Position numbers and translations under genes: made by a program. Shown in pieces: positions 36,961 through 49,311 of a stretch of 64,000 nt of DNA. Source of the stretch: Octopus sinensis. Its lineage: Eukaryota. The notes below the pieces were generated by a model. That model was not told the origin of the DNA, made no database searches, and saw only the letters and a list, made by a program, of their open reading frames with translations. The stretch is from positions 35,340,001-35,404,000 of the forward strand of contig NC_043002.1 in NCBI RefSeq assembly GCF_006345805.1, in the 5' to 3' direction. The number at the start of each line of letters is the position of its first letter. Positions within the stretch are counted from its first letter, which is position 1.

Positions 36961-37660
36961 CATAATTATTTTTTGTTGTTTTCTCCCCATTGTTGGGGTG
37001 AAGGGTTGGTTTTTCATTATGGAGGGCTATGCGGGGGCCGCTGCAGTGGGAGCAGCTGTGCCGTTGGAAGCGAAGCAGATAGATTTTAAAATGGAAGATA
37101 TAATGGGAAGTGGACGGTTTGTGCAAGGGAAGGGAGGTGCAGTAGGGCTGGTCCCTCCAGAAGAAGTGGTTAAGGATGGGAGGGGGTGGTCGCACATTCC
37201 ACCACTATTTTGTGCACTGACAAGGTGGCACTACTGCCCACGTGTAGGGGTGGGTGTGACGGCGGGTTCAAGTTGGAGGGTGCCACCAGAAGTGGAGACA
37301 GTGGTTGGTAGTGGTTGTTCCGGCTGCCACCAAGGGTGTCCCGAGTTGGGACTGGTGGAAGGAGCGAGCATGTTGAATTGGTGGGGATGCATTGTCAAGA
37401 TGTGACTTTTTGTCTCTTTTGAAAACATTGAGAGGATCCCCTACTAGATGGAGATTATGGGAGAGGGTTCCCTCAAAGTGGTTGTTGAGGGGTGCCAACC
37501 AGGTTGTTGCAAATGTGGGGAGAGATATAAAAATAATATGAACTTTTTAAATTATAAAAAGAGGAAACTATCCAAAATAATGTCTAAATATAACCACTCG
37601 ACTTTGGGGATCGAGTGGGTATGGCGCCTCAGTTTATTTTCATAATTTCATTCCCTGTTT
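36945..37660 (-). pseudogene. GC-rich Pro/Thr-rich decayed ORF, possibly LINE ORF1
   Basis: Compositional outlier with broken P/T/S-rich frames and no diagnostic motif. Confidence 0.3.
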
Positions 37661-38282
37661 TATTTTTTCTTCCTTGCTCGATTTCTTTTTGTATTTTTAT
37701 TTTCCCATTTATGTGTTTTGTATTGTCTTTGTAATGTATATCCTCTATTTTTGGCCACTTGTGGGTGATAAAAAAAATAAGGACGTTGGTGTTGCCTTGG
37801 TGCAGTGACCTCCGTTACAGCTGCTGCAATAGGAGGAGGAGAAAAAAGCTAATGAGTTGTGTGTGCACACAGACAAGAACAAGCGCGCACACATACACAC
37901 ACAACTCATTAGCTTTATTCTCCTTCCGTTTCAGCAACTGTCACGAAGACATCCGAAGTGAATCGTCGAGTTGTCACGCAAACAGTCGAATGTTTATTTT
38001 AGTTTTGTCGAGTTAAATCGAACGAACGCCAAAAAAAAAAAAATTTTTTTAATAAATAAATAAATAAAGGGAGATAACTAATTACTGAATTGCATTGTAT
38101 GAACTCGTGCAAAAAGGAAACAAGCAAAGCTTCCGAAGTTCCGAATTGACGACTATGCATCAAAGCTGCCGATTTCCATGGAATTTTGTAGAAGCCAAAC
38201 GTCACATATTTTGGTGTATTTAGTTATGTCCCTTTACTTTTTTTTTTACACACGTAAACTAAACAATTACAATATATATATT

Positions 38283-38512
38283 ATTTCTTTACTACCCACA
38301 AGGGGCTAAACACAGAGGGGACAAACAAGGACAGACAAACGGATTAAGTCGATTACATCGACCCCAGTGGGTAACTGGTACTTATTTAATCGACCCCGAA
38401 AGGATGAAAGGCAAAGTCGACCTCGGCGGAATTTGAACTCGGGACGTAACGGCAGACGAAATACGGCTACGCATTTCGACCGACGTGCTAACGTTTCTGC
38501 CAGCTCGCCGCC
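38283..38512 (-). mobile_element. tRNA-derived SINE, family A, full length
   Basis: Head GGCGGCGAGCTGGCAGAAACG (A box) and GAGTTCAAATTCC (B box). The body is shared with 1-129. Confidence 0.85.
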
Positions 38513-38589
38513 TTATTACAATATATATATGTTAGAAGTATTGGAGTGATGTACAGATTTAATACATATGAAAGAAAAACACCTTTTTC

Positions 38590-38625
<36 letters not shown>

Positions 38626-38866
38626 AAAAATGGGGAAGGCCGGTTTATGGGATTACCTTAAGCTTCTAGTCCATAAGGGGTTTAACTTTATGGCGTATCG
38701 TCAGATCTCCAAAAACCCTTTATGGACGGGTAACCTAAGGTACATCCCATAAACCGGTCTTCCCCATTTTTAATTCATACTGCTCTACATCTTGCAGTGT
38801 GCTTCTTCTTTCGGATATATGTTTTTTACAAACGATATATATTAAAAATGGGAAAGGCCGGTTTAT

Positions 38867-38927
38867 GGGATTACCTTATGTTTCCCGTCCATAAAGGGTT
38901 TAGCTTTATGGGGTATCGTCAGATCCC
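38867..38927 (-). ncRNA. Type I hammerhead motif in a Penelope-like repeat
   Basis: Stem I GGGAU/AUCCC, CUGACGA, stem II CCAUAAAG/CUUUAUGG, GAAAC, GUA. Degenerate siblings at about 38650-38710 and 49359-49419. Confidence 0.65.
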
Positions 38928-39139
38928 AAAACTCTCTTCGCTCGTGACCTCTTAAAAATATGGAGTGGAAGTGCCTCATTACACAGAGGTAACAATTGGG
39001 GATTATCTCCCGTTGCCAATGGTTATCGACTTCCGGCTGTACCGCCATCTTGCGGGCTCCACTTGCTAGCAGGAACATCCTGGAGTATAGGCATGGCCTG
39101 AAAATTTCCGTTCTGGTGTTAAAGATGTCCCCTTGTTTG

Positions 39140-39330
39140 AATGAGTGTTTTAAGATTCTTGCGTGTTCAGCTATATATATATATAACAGTCTGGAAAATT
39201 GTGAAGAAATTTCAGGAGACTGGTTCCACCGCTGATCGACTGAAAAAGAAGGGTGTGGACTCAGCTTGTCAACAGTACCAGAGAAAAGATAAGCGAAATC
39301 CTCGTTGTTCCGTCAGAAAACTGTAAGCCG
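39140..39330 (+). pseudogene. Tc1/mariner-superfamily transposase N-terminal HTH fragment
   Basis: TVWKIVKKFQETGSTADR...RNPRCSVRKL. Confidence 0.65.
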
Positions 39331-39357
39331 AACACCGATGTATATTTACACACACAC

Positions 39358-40455
39358 TTTGGGTCATCCCATAAATGCAGATTTTTTTATACTTCTTTTA
39401 TTTTCAAAATTATGATAAAGTTCTTATTTAATCTAGAATATACTCCCATTCATTTTCTACAATGCTCTTCCATCTATCTGGTAGGCTTGCAAGTCCCCTC
39501 TTCCAAAATTCACTTGTCCGTGACGAAAAATACTCCTCTAGTACAGTTCTGACCTCGTCTACGGAATTCAAATTTTTTCTATCTAAATGATTTTGAAGAC
39601 TGTAGAATAAATGATAATCAGATGGGCAATGTCCGGCGAATATGGTGGGTGGGGCATCGTTTCTCATTCAAACTGCTTCATCTTTTAGAATGTCATCCTC
39701 GCTGTATGTGGCTGAGCCTTATTCTGATGGTAGAACACCTTTTGTCTTGAATCCTAAGACGGTCGCTTTTCTTCTAGCGCTGACTTAAGCCGCTCAATCT
39801 ACTCACAATAGATCTCCTTTGTTATCGTTTAGTTTAGGTTTAAAAGTTCAAAGTGGATTAATCTTTCATTATCCCACCAAACAGATAACAACACCTTACG
39901 TAGGTGAAGATCTTCTTTAACCTGGGGTACTGGTGTTTCTCCTTTTCCTGCCCACTATTTTCAATGCTTGTCATTTTTATTGAGAATCCATTTCTCGTCA
40001 CCAGTCACTATTCAGTCCAAAAAAGGTTCATTCATGAGACGTGACAGCAAATAAGCGAACACATTTACTCTCTGCGCGCAATTAGACTCGGAAAGTTTGT
40101 AAGGAAACCATTAACCCAATTTGCTGTCTTTTCCAATGGCACATAGGTGCCGATGAATGGTCGAACGACCAAATCCAAACCCCTCTGCTAGTTCCTCAAC
40201 AGTTACGATGGGATTTTGTTTCACGAGGGTATTCACGATGTCCTCGTCGAGCTCTACAAATCTTTCAGGATGAGGCTCACTTTCTAGGCTGTAGTTTCCG
40301 ACTCGGAATTTCTGAAACTACTGTTGACAAGGGCTTATACTTATTGTCCAATCTGCCTATACTGCATTAATATCCCTCGCACTTTCCATTGCGTTGTTGT
40401 CTTTATTGAACTCATAAAGCAAAATATGCCGAATATGCCCCTTTATCACTTTCAT
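39358..40455 (-). pseudogene. Decayed near-full-length mariner (DD34D) transposase with one TIR remnant
   Basis: HIRHILLYEFNK start, IVTGDEKW, KVLLSVWW, PSDYHLFYSLQNHL, LPDRWKSIVENEWEY end, with several stops and frameshifts. TIR-like TGGGTCATCCCATAAAT at about 39360. Confidence 0.88.
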
Positions 40456-41707
40456 TATAGCTTTGAAAAAAATAACTGTTAAAAATCGAATTACACTCTT
40501 CAAAACTTCCACTAAGTATGAATTGATTATTTTTATTGCCCACAAGGGACCAACATAGATGGGACAACACAAAGACATGTGGGGACATATAACACAACTT
40601 AAAATAAAATTATAAAAATGATAATATGAAATGAAAATGAAATGTGAAAATGGAAATGAGCTGCTGCCCCATCACAAGCAGCATCACTTATTCCATTGGA
40701 GTCCTTTCTTCACGTCGATCCCATATTTTTGCAACAGATCCTCACATTCAATATTGTCCGATATGTTTTTTAATGTCCTCATGTATTCTCCACATCTTCA
40801 CACCCTTTTTATACTTTTTAATTTCTTCCATTTGTGCTTCTGAGATCAATACACACAACACAAGTGCCACCCTAGATTTTCATGATATTTTTCAGTATTC
40901 ACAAATCTTGCTTGTTTTCCAGCTTGTTACTTTTTGAATTAGTTCCGTATTTTCTCTGTTTGTCGATATGTAAACGTAATTCACTTCTTGGGGAGATCTC
41001 TTTGTTCTTTCTTGTGTATGTGTTTCTTTTTTCTTTTTTGCAAGTGTAGGAGGGGGAAGGGTGGGTCGCAGAGGTTATGAGTGGGGTGGGAAAGGTTTGG
41101 GTGCGCCCGCATACCCGCGTGCGTGTTCCTAAAAGTATACATTCATCCACCCTCACTTGAAAACGTACACATCCTCACTCTCATCCTTAACCAAATGTAT
41201 ATGTATATACATACAAACCCCCACACACGCACCATAAATCTTCAGACGCACGTCTATATACGCACAAGCACAAGGTAACAATACAGAAAAAAGGCACAAG
41301 GGAGTATACAAAGAGTAAACCACGTCTGTATACTCATATACCCTAATGCACGCACACACACACGCCTATATACACATACCCGCACACATCTATATACACA
41401 CACACACACGCACGCACAAAAAGGATCACACATACGTCTATATACCCATACCCACACACGCGGGCACAAAAGATTCCATATACATGTCTATATACGCACA
41501 GGGAAAAATGCAGGGTGGAAGGTAGAATACAGAAAAAATATGTGTAAAAAATATATAAGCAATAAACCTACAAACCAATATCTATAAATATGTAAGAAAT
41601 ATATGTATAAAAAATATAAATAAAAAAAAATATATATATAAGAAATATAAATAAAAGGTATAAAGAGATAGAAAGCTTGTGCGTGGACACAATATAGAAA
41701 GCAAGTT

Positions 41708-42319
41708 CTATCTATAGTCTCGGGGGACCAAAAACGTAACATATTTGGCCACGTATGGGCATGAACCGAAAAGTTCAGATCTTGAATTCAGACATGTAGC
41801 TGGGTCTAAGCTGCTTTTCCAGATGAGCCATCTTTCCATATCACATAGACCGTACTTTCCACTGCTGTTGGTGTAGGGCTTGCGCTTAGCTAAAATCTTC
41901 CAATGGATGTTGTAACTGACACCTTTATCTTTTAATGACCATATGTGACTGGATAATTTGGTTGTTTTCCTTTTATCCCAGTGCCTAAAGCTCAAGGTGT
42001 GATTATTGAACCTGGCCTTGAAATTACCCTCTGTAAGGCCCACATATTTCTTCATGGGTTTAGAGTCCATGGTGGCTTCGTAAATGATGGTCTCGGACAT
42101 GCAAGCTCCATTTAGCAGGCACAAATTTTTATCCCTGCATGAACTGCTGGTTTCGTATTGTGGTTTTTGTGTGTTGTGTGCGATTATATTTTTAAAATTG
42201 GTAGTTGAGCTGAAACTGATTTTTAAGTTGTGTCTATTGAAGAACTTCCTTTTAGTGTGGTTGACTGGAAAATGTCTATCTATAAGTGCTAAGAAATACT
42301 TGCCTTTATTGACGGTCAC
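41708..42319 (-). mobile_element. Penelope-like element GIY-YIG endonuclease C-terminal fragment
   Basis: Open 203-aa frame with CRDKNLCLLNGAC...IIYEA...KYVGLTEGNFKARFNNH...LSSHIWSLK...W.IL.KRKPY...LC...LNSRSEL. Flanked by about 95-bp inverted repeats (41136-41232 / 42320-42418). Confidence 0.88.
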
Positions 42320-42604
42320 CGTGCGTGCGTATGTGTGGGTTTGTATGTATATACATATACATTTAGCGAAGGATGAGAGTGAGGATATGTGTTTTCAAGT
42401 GAGGGTGGATGAATGTATATGTGGGTATGCAGGCACACATGTGTAGGTATGAACAGGCATGCTTACGCGAATACTATGAACTTTTTTACTCCCTCTCCAT
42501 ACTTAGCGGTCATTCGAATAGCTCTTTTGCCTTAATAATGGTCAATCACACAGTAATTTCCCTTTGTATAACGGTCATTTCTCATAGCATTTTTCCAATG
42601 GCCG

Positions 42605-42665
42605 GATAACTGAAGAGATGGCAGCGTGGATTTCCACCTCGGCATCCGAAACTCGGAGTTTTATC
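42605..42665 (+). ncRNA. Type I hammerhead motif beside the Penelope GIY-YIG fragment
   Basis: Stem I GAUAA/UUAUC, CUGAAGA, GAAA, stem III ACU-CGG-AGU, GUU. Stem II is partly mutated. Confidence 0.6.
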
Positions 42666-42769
42666 ATGGCTACTGAATAATTGTCACATATTATATTTAC
42701 AGATAAATTCCTCTATTTACATAATATTGAGGTCTCTTTCTTTCTTTTGTTGTCTTACCATTTTTATCA

Positions 42770-42800
<31 letters not shown>

Positions 42801-43003
42801 GATATATCTTCATATATATATATATAAAATTACAAATTGAGATAGGGGTTGTGAGTGTAACCCACCATGGGATAACATGTATCCAATATACTGCTAGTAA
42901 AGCACCAAAAAAAGTTAATACATAAATGTTAAGAATTGCGATGCAATTAATTCATTCACTGTATTATATGGGCAAAGGTAAAATGTTTTACCACAAATTA
43001 ATA

Positions 43004-43433
43004 ATACAAAATAAGGAAATGGAGAAATACATCTTAATCAACTACCAGATAGTACCCAATCACATAATTTATTAAACCACTACCAGATAGTACCCAATCA
43101 CATAATTTATTAAACCACTACATATGAACATTAAGGTCAAACATAATAATATAGAACAAAACAATGTACATCAATGAGTAATAAGATATAATAAGTACTG
43201 TATGTATAAGTGAATATAAATAAATACAAATAAAAATATATTATTTGTATTTATTTATATTCACTTATACATACTGTACTTATTATATCTTATTACTCAT
43301 TGATGTACATTGTTTTGTTCTATATTATTATGTTTGAGCTTAATGTTCATATGTAGTGGTTAATAAATTATGTGATTGGGTATTATCTGGGAGTTGATTA
43401 TTGATTAAGATGTATTTCTCCATTTCCTTATTT

Positions 43434-43438
<5 letters not shown>
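43004..43438. repeat. About 435-bp AT-rich near-perfect palindrome
   Basis: Arms 43004-43233 and 43241-43438 with a 7-nt spacer. The left arm carries a 38-bp tandem duplication. Confidence 0.92.
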
Positions 43439-43510
<72 letters not shown>

Positions 43511-43661
43511 ATATATCTTCATATATATATATATATATATATTATCTTCATATATATATATATATATATATATATCTTCATATATATATTATATATATAT
43601 ATCTTCATATATATATATATATATATATATATCTTCATATATATATATATATAGATATATC

Positions 43662-43718
<57 letters not shown>

Positions 43719-43725
43719 ATTTATA
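43435..43725. repeat. Compound (AT)n microsatellite punctuated by ATCTTC
   Basis: Read directly from the sequence. Confidence 0.95.
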
Positions 43726-43739
43726 TATAGATATATCTT

Positions 43740-44290
43740 CATTTATATAAAAAGGGTGTAACACCTTGTTTTTAAAGGTAGAAACTCTGGGTTTATGTGA
43801 AATATTTTGTATAATATATATAAATAAATAAATGATGTTAAACGCAGGTGTTATTAAAATTCTTTTACTTCCAACATGTTTCAAAGATATCATTAGTATT
43901 ATTCCACAGGAATAAAATGGTGTAAAACAATGTAATCTCTTCAGGGAAATGAAGAAATAAAACTCATCAATAAGACATTTTAACAGAATATGATGGATAT
44001 GTATAGTAATGAACTGAATGCTGTTAAGTTTTTTTTTAAAATGTTAGAGGATATAATGTCAAAGGTAGCCTATAGAAAGAGGTGTAAAGGAAAGAAAAAA
44101 TCAGAAACCAAATGAATGAGAAATATAGAATGATATGTGAATTAAATAAAACCCTAAAGTCTTGGGAAAAGATATATCTAGTGGAAGTGAAGTGTAAGAA
44201 GAAAATCAATGTTTAAATTACATAGAATTGTAGATATCATTTATATAAACTAAAGGTGTGTTTCTGCCAGTGTTTACATCGATAAGCATG
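43740..44290 (-). mobile_element. About 500-bp Penelope-LTR-like repeat with hammerhead motif (43869-43948)
   Basis: Colinear with 34445-34940. Minus-strand UUCC-CUGAAGA...GAAACAUGU-U-GGAA. Confidence 0.55.
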
Positions 44291-44349
44291 CTCTATAACC
44301 GTGTTTACATATATGTATATATACACATATATATGTGTGTATAAATATA

Positions 44350-44383
<34 letters not shown>

Positions 44384-45199
44384 ATGTATATATGCATATA
44401 GATATATATACATACATATATATATATATACACACACATACATATATGTATACAGACACACATTCACATACACACACACATATATAGATATACATTTATG
44501 TATACATATATATATAAACATATACATATACATACACATTTATATACACACAGACAGACACATATATGGCAAATTATTTTATTTGCTAAAAAAGTCAGAA
44601 GCCATGGTCCAGTAAATAGATGGTAGATGTATTTATTTTTCATTCCCTTTGAGAATTTATCCTTAATTAGTGGTTTGGACTTTAGCTGTTCCTTCTAACA
44701 TAAGGGAGTCCTATGATGGATACCTCTTAATGTGATTAAATGTATACTGTATTTTATAAGAATAATATAAAGTCTATTGAATAATTTTTCTATATGCTAG
44801 GCCACTGGTAGTAAAAATTTCTAAAATCTTTATTACCCTGATATTATGTATAATGATTTCTGGAAAATTTGTTGGAAGAAATTGCCAGCATTTTTTTGCT
44901 GCCAACAAAAAACTGCGCTTTTGCGGTGGATTTGAAAAAATTAAAATGTACAAGCAAGAGACACATACTGGATTGGCCTCATGTTTATATGTTTAATCTT
45001 GGCGTACCTGTTGACAAAGACTTCACCTGGCAAATTATTTTATTTGCTAAAAAAAGTCAGAAACCATGGTCCAGTAAATAGATGAATTTTTCTTTCAAAC
45101 AATGAAAGACACAAATGAAGAGATTTACTTACTCCAGTAAATCAAAACAATTGTAAATACCACCAACGTGCTTAATTAAATGAGAGCAAAGACCAAAGT

Positions 45200-46476
45200 T
45201 ATAGTAAGTAGGAAGGCAAACTCATCACACACCCCTCAGGTAGGTGGCCCTGCTCGATCTGTAGAAAAGGTGTAGGTAGAAACTCCATAAGATGTACCCA
45301 GTGTAAGCTATGGATGCATAAGAGGTACAGCAACATCAAAGGAAAATTAACCAAGAAGATAGCTTCCGTGTGCGGCAGATGCACAGGGGCAATAGACACC
45401 ACAGGTGCTCAGAAAACGGATTCCATCACACTCCAGCGGGAGAAACTAGAAGTAGTTGATAGTTTCCACTACCTAGGTGACCAAGTTAGTAGTGGAGGTG
45501 GATGCTCAGAGAGTGTCACCACTTGAATACGAATAGCCTGGGCAAAGTTTAGAAAGCTTCTACCCCTACTGGTGATAAAGGGTCTCTTGGTCAGAGTGAA
45601 AGGTAGATTGTATGATGCGTGTGTGTGAACTGCCATGCTTCACAGTAGTGAAACATGGGCTGTGACTGCAGAGGACATGCGTAGGCTTGAAAGAAATGAA
45701 GCTAGCATGATCCGCTGGATGTGTAATGTTAGTGTGTACACACGACAAAGTGTAAGTATCCTGAGAAAAATACTGGACATAAGCATCAGATGTGGCATGC
45801 AAGAGAGACATTTGTGCTGGTATGGTCATGTACTACGGATGGATGAGGAGAGATGTATGAAGAAGTGCCGCTCCCAAACAGTTGAAGGAATCCTGGGTAG
45901 AGGTAGACCCAGGAAGACATTTGATGAGGTAGTCAAGCATGGCCTTCGAATGTTGGGCCTCACAGAGGCAATGATGAAAGACAGATCTCTGTTGATATGC
46001 TGTGACTTCGAGGACCTGACAAATAAAGTGAGTTCATGGCTGTTTCTAGCACCAGCTTCACATAGCAATCCCAGCCCATCCAAAGTACCTTGGGTCGCAG
46101 GATAGCCTACTGTACTTACCTTGGATCGTAGGATGATCTGCTGTGCTTGAGGAGACCTATTGAGTCAAGTACATCAACATAAAAATCAAAAAATCAAATG
46201 GAAATTGTAGTTGTGATACCTGTACTGGTAGCACGTAAAAAGCACCATTCGAACGTGGCCAATGCCAGCGCTGCCTTGACTGGCTTCTGTGCTGGTGGCA
46301 CATAAAAGCACCCACTACAGTCACGGAGTGGTTGGCATTAGGAAGGGCATCCAACCGTAGAGACACTGCCAGATCAGACTAGAGCTTGGTGCAACCTCCT
46401 GGCTTCCCAGACCCCGGTCGAATCGTCCAACCTGTGCTAGCATGAAAAACAGACATTGAACGATGATGGTGATGTA
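45200..46476 (+). mobile_element. 5'-truncated RTE-clade LINE (RT C-terminus, 3' UTR, GAT tail)
   Basis: LEVVDSFHYLGDQVSSGGG, RIAWAKFR, MLHSSETW, IRWMCNV, RGRPRKT, with in-frame stops, ending in AACGATGATGGTGAT. Confidence 0.9.
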
Positions 46477-46672
46477 ACCCGCACCTAAATAATACTCACC
46501 TCGCCCTAATTACCCAATGAAACTAACCAATCTGCCGCAAGCAAACCTCTACCCAGTGAATTTACCAGTGCAAGAACAAAATTTCAATGTAAGAATTACC
46601 ACTTTATTTACATTACCATCACAAATGTATCAATCATTTTCGCATCCTAACTGATGCATCTATCTGTACTCA

Positions 46673-46721
46673 CATTCTGAAGAGATTTACTTACTCCAGT
46701 AAATCGAAACAATTGTAAATG
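46673..46721 (+). ncRNA. Minimal type I hammerhead ribozyme, intact core
   Basis: Stem I CAUU/AAUG, CUGAAGA (46677-46683), 7-bp stem II GAUUUAC/GUAAAUC, GAAA, palindromic stem III ACAAUUGU, cleavage triplet GUA (46715-46717). Confidence 0.85.
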
Positions 46722-46964
46722 CCACCATCATCTCTGCTTCTTACCTCTTTGTTACCTATTTAATTAAAGACATGCCAGCATAAACCACGAGTTTCCCATT
46801 GTTATTATATTCATTTTCTTCTCTTATATAACCTAAACTCCAGTTTACCAACCGAACCACTTGCTACTGTACAGTCTTACAAGAGACTGTACCTACCCAG
46901 CTAATAGCCAGGAGTGACTCTGGATTTAATTATCCCTTAGAGGTATTAAACCCTGTAACTTTAT

Positions 46965-47130
46965 ACATATATACGACGGGCTTCTTTCAGTTTCTGTTTG
47001 CCAAATCCACTCACAAGGGTTTGGTTGGCCTGAGGCTATAGTAGAAGAAGAAGACACTTGCCGAAGGTGCCATGCAGTGGGACTGAACCTGGAACCATGT
47101 GGTTGGTAAGCAAACTACTTTCGACACAGC
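46965..47130 (-). mobile_element. SINE family B 5' half
   Basis: Matches 52620-52772. Confidence 0.75.
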
Positions 47131-47159
47131 CTCTTCTCCACCTTTATATATATATATAT

Positions 47160-47842
47160 ATGACTAGAGACCGAGACCTATGGAAGTATGCTGTGCGTGA
47201 GAAGACCCGACAAGACTAGTGAAGCCATAACCCATGGCCCCTACATGGGACGTAGTCAGTCCACCTGTGCATACCTTCCTCCTTGTGACACTTGTGAAGA
47301 CCTGTTGAGGCAAGTGAAAATCCAAATCAAAATCAAAATCAAAATCAAATCAAATCAAATCAAACCAAATAAAAATAGATGAACATCAATGGAATCTGTA
47401 TCCTTGTGGGTGGCACATAAGAAAACCATCCGAACGTGACCGTAGCCAGTACCGCATCAACTGGCCTCCGTGCTGTGGGCACGTAACAAACACCATCTGA
47501 GGGTGGCCGTTCGCCAGCCTCGTCTGGCACCTGTGTCGGTGGCACATAAGAAAACACCATCCGAGCGTGGCCGTCTGCCAGCCTCGTCTGGCACCTGTGT
47601 CGGTGGCACATAAAAACACCATCCGAGCGTGGCCGTCTGCCAGCCTCGTCTGGCACCTGTGTCGGTGGCACATAAAATCACCCACTACACTCTCGGAGTG
47701 GTTGGCGTTAGGAAGGGCATCCAGCTGTAGAAACACTGCCAGATCTGACTGGCCTGGTGCAGCCTTCGAGCTTGCCAGACCCCAGTTGAACCGTCCAACC
47801 CATGCTAGCATGGAAAGCAGACGTTAAACGATGATGATGATG

Positions 47843-47843
<1 letters not shown>
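47160..47843 (+). mobile_element. RTE LINE 3' end with 62-bp internal tandem repeats
   Basis: RDRDLWKYAVREKT terminus, shared 3' UTR and (GAT)n tail. Confidence 0.85.
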
Positions 47844-47874
<31 letters not shown>

Positions 47875-48431
47875 ATATGTATGTATGTATACATGTATGT
47901 ATGTATACATATATGTATGTATGTATGTATACATATATGTATGTATACATGTATGTATGTATACATATATGTATGTATACATATATGTATGTATGTATGT
48001 ATACATATATGTATGTATGTATACATATATATATATATGTGTATGTATACATATATATATATATATGTATGTATACATATATGTGTATGTATACATATAT
48101 ATATATATATGTATGTATACATATATGTGTATGTATACATATATATATATATATGTATGTATACATATATGTATGTATGTATACATATATATATATATGT
48201 ATGTATACATATATATATGTATGTATACATATATATATGTATGTATGTATACATATACTTGTATTCCACCTGCCTTCGTCTTTTGTTTATTTCCATAAAC
48301 CTGCCTTCGTCTTTTGTCTATTTTCATAAAGCTTCCCGTTATATGTATGTATACATATATATATATATATGTATGTATACATATATAAATATATGTTATG
48401 TATACATACATATATGTATATTTATACATAT
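47844..48431. repeat. Compound (AT)n/(ATGT)n microsatellite
   Basis: Read directly from the sequence. It is the source of the spurious YI/HT-rich ORFs. Confidence 0.95.
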
Positions 48432-49230
48432 ATCATCAGCATCATCATCATCATTTAACGTCCGCTTTCCATGCTAGCATGGGTTGGACGGTTCAACTGG
48501 GGTCTGGGGAGCCCGAAAGCTGCACCAGTCCAGTCAGATCTGGCAGTGTTTCTACAGCTGGATGCCCTTCCTAACGCCAACCACTCCGAGAGTGTAGTGG
48601 GTGATTTTATGTGCCACCGACACAGGTCCCAGACGAGGCTGGCAAACGGCCACGCTCGGATGGTGTTTTTATGTGCCACCGACACAGGTGCCAGACGAGG
48701 CTGGCAGACGGCCACGCTCGGATGGTGTTTTTATGTGCCACCGACACAGGTGCCAGATGAGGCTGGCAAACGGCCACGATCGGATGGTGCTTGTTACGTG
48801 CCCACAGCACGGAGGCCAGTCGATGCGGTACTGGCTACGGCCACGTTCGGATGGTTTTATTGTGTGCCACGTGCCACCGGCACTGGTACCACAAGATACA
48901 AATTCCATTGATGTTCATCTATTTTGATTTGTTTTGATTTGATTTTCACTTGCCTCAACAGGTCTTCACAAGTGTCACAAGAAGGAAGGTATGCACAGGT
49001 GGACTGACTACGTCCCAGGTAGGGGCCATGGGTTATGGCCTGACTAGTCTTGCCGGGTCTTCGGATGGTGTTTTTATGTGCCACCGACACAGGTGCTAGA
49101 TGAGGCTGGCGAACGGCCACGATCGGATGGTGTTTGTTACGTGCCCACAGCACGGAGGCCGGTCGATGCGGAACTGGCTACGGCCACGTTCGGATGGTTC
49201 TCATGTGTGCCACCGGCACTGGTACCACAA
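48432..49230 (-). mobile_element. RTE LINE 3' end, inverted relative to 47160-47843
   Basis: Reverse complement of 47195-47843 plus an extra repeat unit. Confidence 0.85.
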
Positions 49231-49272
49231 ACACATATATATATACACGCATGTATAGATATTCATATGTTA

Positions 49273-49311
<39 letters not shown>

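Noticed and set aside
38440-38512. tRNA genes at the SINE heads (also 52250-52316 and 52700-52772)
   Set aside because: A and B boxes are present, but there is no full cloverleaf or terminator, and each continues into a repeat body.
43401-44615. Long Y/I/H/T-rich ORFs (also 47708-48477 and similar)
   Set aside because: They are translations of (AT)n/(ATGT)n/(AC)n microsatellites.
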